DNA of 64,000 nucleotides from a phage: sequence record PZ386959.1; one strand, 5' to 3'. Shown piece by piece: positions 58,545 to 64,000 of this stretch (position 1 is its first letter; each line of letters starts with the position of its first letter). The notes under the pieces were generated by a model. It saw only the letters and a program-made list of their open reading frames with translations, ran no database searches and was not told where the DNA came from. The position numbers and the translations under genes were made by a program.

Positions 58545-58618
58545 CTCTGTTTAGCTCAGCTTGGTAGAGCGTTCCGTTTGGGGCGGTAAGGCCGGAGGTT
58601 CAAGTCCTCCAACAGAGA
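58545..58618 (+). tRNA. tRNA-Pro(TGG)
   Basis: Acceptor CTCTGTT/AACAGAG, D-stem GCTC/GAGC, T-arm GGAGG-TTCAAGT-CCTCC, CCA encoded; anticodon loop TTTGGGG. Confidence 0.6.
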
Positions 58619-58628
58619 CCAAATTAAT

Positions 58629-58703
58629 GTTCCAGTAGACAAAATGGTAAAGTCACCACTCTTTCAAAGTGGATATCTGAGGGTTCAAATCCCTTCTGGA
58701 ACG
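58629..58703 (+). tRNA. tRNA-Glu(TTC)
   Basis: Acceptor GTTCCAG/CTGGAAC, anticodon stem CCACT/AGTGG, loop CTTTCAA, CCA encoded. Confidence 0.6.
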
Positions 58704-58797
58704 CCAGTTTTGACAGAAGACCAATTACAGCAAACTTAATCTTATTCATCTGAAGGTAAATCGGACAAAGAAGAGATTTGGTCTGGTCATTAAGAAT

Positions 58798-58871
58798 TGC
58801 GGGTATAGAGAAAGGGCGTCTCACATGTCTCATTAGCATGGTATCGGCAGGTTCGACTCCTGCACCCGCCT
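58798..58871 (+). tRNA. tRNA-Met(CAT) (Met/fMet/Ile2 undetermined)
   Basis: T-arm GCAGG-TTCGACT-CCTGC, D-stem GAGA/TCTC, anticodon loop CTCATTA; acceptor boundaries uncertain by 1 nt. Confidence 0.5.
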
Positions 58872-58951
58872 CCAATTTTGCAGAAGACCGTATTCAGCAA
58901 CAAAATACTTTTTGCGGATAAAAGAAAAAACACGGTCTGGCAATGTATTAA

Positions 58952-59025
58952 GGTTAGGAAGCACATAAGGTATGTGCGGTCGCCTGTTAAGCGAATGGCA
59001 CAGGGTTCGAATCCCTGACTAACCG
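58952..59025 (+). tRNA. tRNA-Asn(GTT)
   Basis: Acceptor GGTTAGG/ACTAACC, T-arm CAGGG-TTCGAAT-CCCTG, loop CTGTTAA, CCA encoded. Confidence 0.55.
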
Positions 59026-59036
59026 CCAAATTAAAT

Positions 59037-59121
59037 GTGTCGTTATCCCGTAGATGGTAGCGGTGGGGACTGTAAATCCCTTGTCATTGAGACTCGGTAG
59101 GTTCGACTCCTACACGGCACA
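59037..59121 (+). tRNA. tRNA-Tyr(GTA)
   Basis: 85 nt with long variable arm; acceptor GTGTCGT/ACGGCAC, loop CTGTAAA, T-arm GTAGG-TTCGACT-CCTAC. Confidence 0.55.
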
Positions 59122-59129
59122 CCAATAAA

Positions 59130-59204
59130 GGTTATGTAGTTTAATCTGGTTAAAATACTCCCCTGTCACGGGAGATGATGAGGGTTCAAATCCCTTCGTA
59201 ACCG
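59130..59204 (+). tRNA. tRNA-Asp(GTC)
   Basis: Acceptor GGTTATG/CGTAACC, anticodon stem CTCCC/GGGAG, loop CTGTCAC. Confidence 0.6.
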
Positions 59205-59419
59205 CCAAATTATAATAAGTATTTCAAAATGATGTTTTGAGAGGGCTATTTAGCCCCTCCCTTAAAGAGTTCTTACGAGTATTCTTTAAAGGAGCAGAAG
59301 ACCAAATTCAGCAAATATGTATGATATTTTCAAGCCAATTTAATTTTGAAAAAATTTAAAACTTGGTCTGGCTCAACAAATTTACAGAAGACCGTTTACA
59401 GCAAAAACTTAAACAATCT

Positions 59420-59466
59420 ATTTCTCCGGTAAAGAAAAGGCGAAGGTTCGATTCCTTCACTCGGCA
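59420..59466 (+). pseudogene. tRNA-like 3' fragment (degenerate tRNA)
   Basis: Good T-arm GAAGG-TTCGATT-CCTTC plus acceptor-like ACTCGGC but no complementary 5' acceptor found upstream. Confidence 0.35.
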
Positions 59467-59666
59467 GATGTCGAGTTGGTGTAATGGTAGCACTTAAGAT
59501 GATAAACAACGGTCTGGTAATTATCTTTGTAGATAAGTTATTAAGCTTACCTGTGAGTATGCGACCACAAAGGGTGGATGGGTAAATTCTAGATTTAAAC
59601 CCAAAAAGGCACATCGCTACAGACCTTAAGCAAGTCTGGGTAGCTTATCTACAAAGATAATTTAAT

Positions 59667-59739
59667 GGAAGTGTAGCAGAATGGTGATGCGGCAGACTTT
59701 TAATCTGACAGGCGATGGGTTCGAATCCCTCCACTTCTA
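59667..59739 (+). tRNA. tRNA-Lys(TTT)
   Basis: Acceptor GGAAGTG/CACTTCT, anticodon stem GCAGA/TCTGA, loop CTTTTAA, CCA encoded. Confidence 0.55.
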
Positions 59740-59820
59740 CCAAATTCACCCTTAACTGAGAAACACCTGCGCGGCTGGAAACACCCACTCAACAGTTTCT
59801 CTAACTAGGGTACTTATTCT

Positions 59821-59894
59821 GGTTCAGTCGCAGATAAGGTAATGCAAGGGTTTCATAAGCCCTATGAATGTGAGTTCGATTCTCACCTGAACCT
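59821..59894 (+). tRNA. tRNA-Met(CAT), second copy (possible initiator or Ile2)
   Basis: Acceptor GGTTCAG/CTGAACC, anticodon stem with three G-C pairs (AGGGT/GCCCT), loop TTCATAA. Confidence 0.55.
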
Positions 59895-59899
59895 CCAAT

Positions 59900-59972
59900 G
59901 CTGGTATAGTTAAGAAGGTTATAACACTCCCCTGATAAGGGAACATCGGTGGTTCGATTCCACCTACCAGTA
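59900..59972 (+). tRNA. tRNA-Ile(GAT)
   Basis: Acceptor GCTGGTA/TACCAGT, loop CTGATAA, T-arm GGTGG-TTCGATT-CCACC. Confidence 0.6.
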
Positions 59973-59990
59973 CCAATTTCAATAAAGTTG

Positions 59991-60019
59991 TTGACATTGA
60001 GATGTGACTACTTTATAGT
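59991..60019 (+). promoter_or_regulatory. sigma70-like promoter inside tRNA cluster
   Basis: TTGACA, 17 nt, TATAGT. Confidence 0.55.
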
Positions 60020-60221
60020 AACCTTAGTTTTCGTTGCGTAGCGTCTATTTTGCAAATTTAAAATAAATGCAAACGACAATGTTTTTCTGGCAGTAGCTTG
60101 ATAGGCTAAACACCAGTGAGGTCTTCCAATCCCTCATCAAAGAATTTGGCGTACTCGCCCACGGTATGATTAATAAGGTGGGCATCTTTAAGGGCTTTCT
60201 AAGAGAGTCTTTAAAGATAAT

Positions 60222-60295
60222 GCACCCTTAGTTCAATTGGATAGAGCAACGGTCTTCTAAATCGTTAGTTACAGGTTCGAATCCTGTAGGGTGTA
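60222..60295 (+). tRNA. tRNA-Arg(TCT)
   Basis: Acceptor GCACCCT/AGGGTGT, D-arm TAGTTCAATTGGATAGAGC, loop CTTCTAA. Confidence 0.6.
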
Positions 60296-60440
60296 CCAAA
60301 TAGTTAGCAGATTACTTAGACGGCCTTAGTGGGTCTTCCTGTAGGGAGGTGGTCTGTATCTCATGTTTTCCAGAACATGTAAATAATCTGAGAAGAAGCT
60401 TGACAGTGTTGAGATAACAGGGTAAGCTTCGAATTATAAT

Positions 60441-60520
60441 ATGGGACGATGTTAAGACTCTAAGGCATGAGCAACGGCCTCCAAAACCGTTTCAAAGGGG
60501 TTCAACTCCTCCGTCCCATG
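60441..60520 (+). tRNA. tRNA-Trp(CCA) with atypically long D-region
   Basis: Perfect acceptor ATGGGAC/GTCCCAT, loop CTCCAAA; 80 nt, D-arm could not be folded cleanly. Confidence 0.45.
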
Positions 60521-60536
60521 CCAAAGTCTTATTAGG

Positions 60537-60624
60537 GGTAGGTAGCGGCTAATGGCAGCCAAACAGTCTTGAAAACTGTTGCCACTGTAGAGATACGGTG
60601 AGGGTTCGACTCCTTTACTTACCG
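60537..60624 (+). tRNA. tRNA-Ser(TGA)
   Basis: 88 nt; anticodon stem ACAGT/ACTGT perfect, loop CTTGAAA, long variable arm, T-arm GAGGG-TTCGACT. Confidence 0.6.
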
Positions 60625-60780
60625 CCTAATAAGATTTACTCCGTCCATGCTTGTTCGCATTGTCGGTTTATCCCTCGTGTATTGTCGTACACTGTCAAAG
60701 CACCTAGTAGGTGTCACGGAGAAGAGATAATATCAAGCTCTCCAAAGGTTCTAGTCACCGGATTAAACAAGACTATGCAA

Positions 60781-60800
60781 AGACCTATTTAGGTCTTTTT
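60781..60800 (+). terminator. intrinsic terminator
   Basis: AGACCT-ATTT-AGGTCT followed by TTTTT. Confidence 0.55.
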
Positions 60801-60880
60801 AGAGGGCTTCTAAGGTTATTAGTCGCTTGTTGTGGAACCTTGTTGCTTAGGTTCTTAGAAGTTCTCTAAAAAGATTTAAT

Positions 60881-60955
60881 GGGAGATTGACGGTAATTGG
60901 TAAACCTACCATCCTTAGAAGTTGGTGTTTGAGGGTTCGAATCCCTTGTCTCCTA
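60881..60955 (+). tRNA. tRNA-Leu(TAG)? short variable arm
   Basis: Acceptor GGGAGAT/GTCTCCT, T-arm GAGGG-TTCGAAT-CCCTT, loop CTTAGAA; isotype tentative. Confidence 0.45.
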
Positions 60956-60965
60956 CCAAATTAAT

Positions 60966-61038
60966 GCAGGTGTAGCAAAATGGTTATGCGGCTGACTCTT
61001 AATCAGTAAGACGATGGGTTCAATTCCCTCCACCTGTA
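60966..61038 (+). tRNA. tRNA-Lys(CTT)
   Basis: Paralogue of tRNA at 59667 (same frame, loop CTCTTAA); acceptor GCAGGTG/CACCTGT. Confidence 0.5.
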
Positions 61039-61047
61039 CCAAACAAT

Positions 61048-61120
61048 GGGGTCATAGTTTATATGGTTAAAATTCGAGTTTTGCAAACTTGGGAACTGAG
61101 TTCAATTCTCAGTGACTCCA
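61048..61120 (+). tRNA. tRNA-Ala(TGC)
   Basis: Acceptor GGGGTCA/TGACTCC, loop TTTGCAA, T-arm CTGAG-TTCAATT-CTCAG. Confidence 0.55.
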
Positions 61121-61129
61121 CCAATTAGT

Positions 61130-61201
61130 GCATCCATAGTTTAAACGGGAAAATTACAGTCTTCCAAACTGAGGTTGAGGGTTCGATTCCCTCTGGATGC
61201 T
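61130..61201 (+). tRNA. tRNA-Gly(TCC)
   Basis: Perfect acceptor GCATCCA/TGGATGC, loop CTTCCAA, T-arm GAGGG-TTCGATT-CCCTC. Confidence 0.6.
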
Positions 61202-61211
61202 CCAAATTAAT

Positions 61212-61284
61212 GCTCCTATCGTATAATTGGCTATTACGGTTGCCTTGTAAGCAACTTATCAGGGTTCGAATCCTTGTGGGAGCA
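61212..61284 (+). tRNA. tRNA-Thr(TGT)
   Basis: Acceptor GCTCCTA/TGGGAGC, anticodon stem GTTGC/GCAAC perfect, loop CTTGTAA. Confidence 0.6.
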
Positions 61285-61384
61285 CCAATTCAGAGGTCAA
61301 GTGAAAGACCGCTTTGAGTCAACTGAAGACCGTAACAAATTCCACGGAGTTGAGTTAGCGGCACAACTCCAGACCTCTTCTCAC

Positions 61385-61456
61385 ACTCGCTTAGTTTATA
61401 TGGTAAAACATCACCCTTACAAGATGAAGAAAAAGGTTCAAGTCCTTTAGTGAGTA
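61385..61456 (+). tRNA. tRNA-Val(TAC)
   Basis: Acceptor ACTCGCT/AGTGAGT, loop CTTACAA, T-arm AAAGG-TTCAAGT-CCTTT. Confidence 0.55.
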
Positions 61457-61460
61457 CCAT

Positions 61461-61535
61461 GTTCCAGTATCCCAATTGGCAGAGGATGCAAGCTCAAACC
61501 TTGTACTAGTGACGGTTCGAATCCGTCTTGGAACA
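61461..61535 (+). tRNA. tRNA-Leu(CAA)? short variable arm
   Basis: Acceptor GTTCCAG/TTGGAAC, loop CTCAAAC, T-arm GACGG-TTCGAAT-CCGTC; isotype tentative. Confidence 0.5.
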
Positions 61536-61543
61536 CCAATTTT

Positions 61544-61616
61544 GCAGGATTAGTTCAAATGGATAGAGCAACAGTCTACGAAGCTGTTAATAGGGGTTCG
61601 AATCCCTTATCCTGCG
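61544..61616 (+). tRNA. tRNA-Arg(ACG)
   Basis: Perfect acceptor GCAGGAT/ATCCTGC, D-arm TAGTTCAAATGGATAGAGC, loop CTACGAA. Confidence 0.6.
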
Positions 61617-61638
61617 CCAATTTAAAGAGGCTATTTAG

Positions 61639-62196
61639 ATGAGATATTTGAAGTATGCTTCATGGATTTTCTTAGCTTTGTTAGAACCATTTGCAGCAAT
61701 CTTAGCAGTTATCTTAGCACCTTTTGTAGTTCCATTTTACAGTGAGAAGAAAGGACACTTACCTTTCGGATTTAGATGGATGGAAACTTATGACAACCCA
61801 ATTGATGGTGATGAAGGTCACGTTAAGAGATGGGCTAATATTAGATGGATTGGTAAGCTTGGTGTCTATATGCAGAGAGTCGGTTGGCTCTGGAGAAACA
61901 AAGCTTATAACTTCTCTTACCATGTATTAGGAAGAGATGTAAAAGATGTTACCAAGTGGAAAGGCAATATCAACGTAAGTTCTAACCCTGAAGATAATCA
62001 GACAGGTTATCTCCTAATGTGGAACAGCAATGCTTGGGGATTATTCGCTTTTATCCCATCAATTAAAATCTTTGGTAAACAGTTTTACTGGAGAATTTAT
62101 ATTGGGTGGAAGCTAAAAAGTGTTGTCCCAGAAGAAAGAGCATTCTCAAGGGAAAGAGTTATGTTGGCATTCTTTATTCATCCACTAAGAAAGTAA
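61639..62196 (+). CDS. membrane protein embedded in the tRNA cluster
   Basis: 185 aa; N-terminal TM helix (WIFLALLEPFAAILAVILAPFVV), Trp-rich. Confidence 0.5.
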   Translation: MRYLKYASWIFLALLEPFAAILAVILAPFVVPFYSEKKGHLPFGFRWMETYDNPIDGDEGHVKRWANIRWIGKLGVYMQRVGWLWRNKAYNFSYHVLGRDVKDVTKWKGNINVSSNPEDNQTGYLLMWNSNAWGLFAFIPSIKIFGKQFYWRIYIGWKLKSVVPEERAFSRERVMLAFFIHPLRK

Positions 62197-62204
62197 AGAT
62201 TTAA

Positions 62205-62277
62205 AGGGGATTAGTTTACAAGGTTAAAACCTCGGTCTTTGAAATCGAAGAAGTTGGTTCAATTCCAACATCCCCCG
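62205..62277 (+). tRNA. tRNA-Gln(TTG)
   Basis: Acceptor AGGGGAT/ATCCCCC (A1-C72 mismatch), loop CTTTGAA, T-arm GTTGG-TTCAATT-CCAAC. Confidence 0.55.
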
Positions 62278-62282
62278 CCAAT

Positions 62283-62358
62283 GCTCCATTACTCCAATTG
62301 GCAGAGAGGCCAGACTTAAAATCTGTGTTATGTATCGGTTCGAATCCGATATGGAGTA
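62283..62358 (+). tRNA. tRNA-Leu(TAA)? short variable arm
   Basis: Acceptor GCTCCAT/ATGGAGT, loop CTTAAAA, T-arm ATCGG-TTCGAAT-CCGAT; isotype tentative. Confidence 0.45.
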
Positions 62359-62366
62359 CCAAATTT

Positions 62367-62439
62367 AGCGGTATAGCATAACTGGTAATGCAGCAGTCTC
62401 TGAAGCTGTCTTATTAAGGTTCAAATCCTTATGCCGCTG
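62367..62439 (+). tRNA. tRNA-Gln(CTG)
   Basis: Acceptor AGCGGTA/TGCCGCT, D-stem GCAT/ATGC, loop CTCTGAA. Confidence 0.5.
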
Positions 62440-62471
62440 CCACTTCTAAGGGTTCTTACGAGAGTCCTTAA

Positions 62472-62546
62472 ATGTGGCCTTATCATAAATGGTAATGACC
62501 CATGCTGTGAACATGGTCTATACGGGTTCAAATCCCGTAGGTCACC
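62472..62546 (+). tRNA. tRNA-His(GTG)
   Basis: Acceptor GTGGCCT/AGGTCAC, discriminator C, anticodon stem CCATG/CATGG perfect, loop CTGTGAA. Confidence 0.6.
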
Positions 62547-62555
62547 CCAATTTAT

Positions 62556-62628
62556 AGTCCAAGTAGCTTATATGGTTAAAGCGCGTGTCTGAAAAACATG
62601 AGAAGAGGGTTCAAATCCCACTGGACTA
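62556..62628 (+). tRNA. tRNA-Phe(GAA)
   Basis: D-stem GCTT/AAGC, loop CTGAAAA, T-loop TTCAAAT; acceptor boundary ambiguous by 1 nt. Confidence 0.5.
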
Positions 62629-62647
62629 CCAATTTCAAAGGTGCTTA

Positions 62648-63382
62648 ATGAAAGAGATGACAGAACAAGGTAAGGAGATTTTTAATCTCTTAAAAACTGG
62701 TAAAGGGTTCTCTAATCCCCTTATTACTGGTGCAGCAGTTCTCGGTGGAACCGTAGCTGCCTCTACATCACTTGTAAGCTCTATTAGCTCTGTAACAGAC
62801 CCTACAATAAAAGATAAACTTGTTGCTGCTGGACTTACAACAGTTCTGCTTAACAGCTTTACAACGAGTCTGACAAGCACTACATCAACTACCAAAACGC
62901 TGACGGATTACGGTCAAAAGTCCATTGATGAGTTTTCATCACGTATGCAGGTAGCAAAAGGTTATTCTAATGTTATGGGTGCAGCAGGTGAACAAGTCGG
63001 TTGTACACCATTTAGTGGTATTATGGGTGTTGCTACAGAGTATGGTCAAAAAGCTATTGATACGATTAACAGTGCACTAGACGGTGTTAATGATGTATTA
63101 AGTGACTTACAAGACGCTATTGACAAAAGTCTTGATACTATTTCTGATTTAGCTAACCAAGCTGTTAGTAAGATTAATGAAGGTATTTCGAAGATTACAG
63201 CTTATGCAGATGAAGTTGTGCAGATGATTGAAGAAGAAGCTGCTCTTATTGCAGAGTACCTTAAAACGAATATCAATGGGTTCTTAGCAGGTATCTTACC
63301 AGACTGGTTTGATGATGCTTGTAAAACTGGTGTAATTGATACTATTGCAACACCAGAAATGAAGAACGCATTACGGAAATAA
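62648..63382 (+). CDS. Ser/Thr-rich hypothetical protein
   Basis: 244 aa from MKEMTEQ; track start 62585 would overlap tRNA-Phe, so start moved to the ATG at 62648. Confidence 0.5.
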   Translation: MKEMTEQGKEIFNLLKTGKGFSNPLITGAAVLGGTVAASTSLVSSISSVTDPTIKDKLVAAGLTTVLLNSFTTSLTSTTSTTKTLTDYGQKSIDEFSSRMQVAKGYSNVMGAAGEQVGCTPFSGIMGVATEYGQKAIDTINSALDGVNDVLSDLQDAIDKSLDTISDLANQAVSKINEGISKITAYADEVVQMIEEEAALIAEYLKTNINGFLAGILPDWFDDACKTGVIDTIATPEMKNALRK

Positions 63383-63383
63383 C

Positions 63384-63473
63384 GGAAGATTAACCCTAAA
63401 AGGTAAGGGAGCAGTTTGCTAAACTGCCAGTAGCTGAGAAATCGGTGTACCAGTTCAAGTCTGGTATCTTCCT
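63384..63473 (+). tRNA. tRNA-Ser(GCT)
   Basis: 90 nt; perfect acceptor GGAAGAT/ATCTTCC, anticodon stem GCAGT/ACTGC, loop TTGCTAA, long variable arm. Confidence 0.6.
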
Positions 63474-63480
63474 CCAATTT

Positions 63481-63553
63481 GAATCCGTGACAGAAATGGC
63501 TATGTGCCTGTCTGCAAAACAGGTTTATAAGGGTTCGAGTCCCTTCGGATTCT
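63481..63553 (+). tRNA. tRNA-Cys(GCA)
   Basis: Perfect acceptor GAATCCG/CGGATTC, anticodon stem CCTGT/ACAGG, loop CTGCAAA, T-arm AAGGG-TTCGAGT-CCCTT. Confidence 0.65.
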
Positions 63554-63593
63554 CCAAGTTATTTTACTCTCTCTCAATTAAAATAATAATAAT

Positions 63594-63653
63594 GCCCTGC
63601 TATAAGTATTCTTCCTTTCGCTACCGAAGAGTATTTTTAGACAGGGCTTTTTT
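63594..63653 (+). terminator. terminator after tRNA cluster
   Basis: GCCCTG..(long loop)..CAGGGC followed by TTTTTT. Confidence 0.55.
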
Positions 63654-63718
63654 ACAGAGTTATACTTTATAAGAAGACTTATACAGTATGTCTCTGACGT
63701 ACATTGTGGTTTCTCCTT

Positions 63719-63742
63719 GACGGTCTCTGCACCGTCTTTTTT
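63719..63742 (+). terminator. intrinsic terminator
   Basis: GACGGT-CTCTGC-ACCGTC followed by TTTTTT. Confidence 0.6.
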
Positions 63743-63778
63743 AAGGAGAAACATAATTAATTATTTGGAGAAAACATA

Positions 63779-63979
63779 ATGAGCGAGACCGTTTATAAAG
63801 AACTTTATGAAGCTAACAAAAAGCTGGAATTTATGCAGAACACTATCATGGCAATTGCAGACAGATTATCTGTAGCAACAGGTATTGATATTAAAGAGGC
63901 ATCTATGGATACACTTCTTGATGCTGTTGATGCAAAGTTCGAAGTTAAGAAAGAAGAGACTGCTACAGACTCTGAATAA
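63779..63979 (+). CDS. hypothetical protein
   Basis: 66 aa; GGAGAAAACATA-ATG SD context. Confidence 0.45.
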   Translation: MSETVYKELYEANKKLEFMQNTIMAIADRLSVATGIDIKEASMDTLLDAVDAKFEVKKEETATDSE

Positions 63980-64000
63980 TTCTATTTGCGGAGGTGCTTA

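Noticed and set aside
62585-62647. ORF-track start of the Ser/Thr-rich protein at 62585
   Set aside because: That start would overlap the 3' half of tRNA-Phe; the in-frame ATG at 62648 follows the tRNA and was used instead.
58624-63672. ORF-track entries inside the tRNA cluster (58624..58875-, 58790..59029-, 59396..59614-, 60598..60792+, 61290..61475-, 61742..61930+, 62635..62895-, 63202..63477-, 63445..63672+)
   Set aside because: They overlap well-formed tRNA genes or lie antisense to them and lack SD or start context; treated as spurious reading frames.

Overview
This window reads as a 64-kb segment of a virulent T5-like (Demerecviridae-like) phage genome; no integrase, transposase or rRNA was found. 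All calls are from reading the sequence and the supplied ORF track by eye, with no searches or folding run, so motif-based functions and tRNA anticodons are provisional. Left part (1-10.6 kb, minus strand): thymidylate synthase (truncated at the window edge), dihydrofolate reductase, small proteins, an ATP-dependent DNA ligase and a family-A DNA polymerase, interrupted by two ~0.5-kb ORF-free repeat regions. Middle (10.8-40.2 kb, plus strand): dNMP kinase, primase-helicase, flap endonuclease, aerobic and anaerobic ribonucleotide reductases, two homing-endonuclease-like genes, a Prs-like plus Nampt-like gene pair (candidate NAD+ reconstitution module), a GHKL-ATPase protein, a transglycosylase and a macro-domain protein. 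40.2-46.5 kb: an array of 14 small plus-strand ORFs, 12 of which sit behind one of two near-identical ~85-bp promoter/hairpin/SD modules; this is the most unusual structure in the window. 46.5-48.1 kb: an ORF-free region packed with short direct repeats. 48.1-56.3 kb (minus strand): hypothetical genes, an endolysin and an Ig-like tandem-repeat protein. 56.5-64 kb: a vWA-domain protein followed by about 27 tRNA genes that appear to cover all 20 amino acids.
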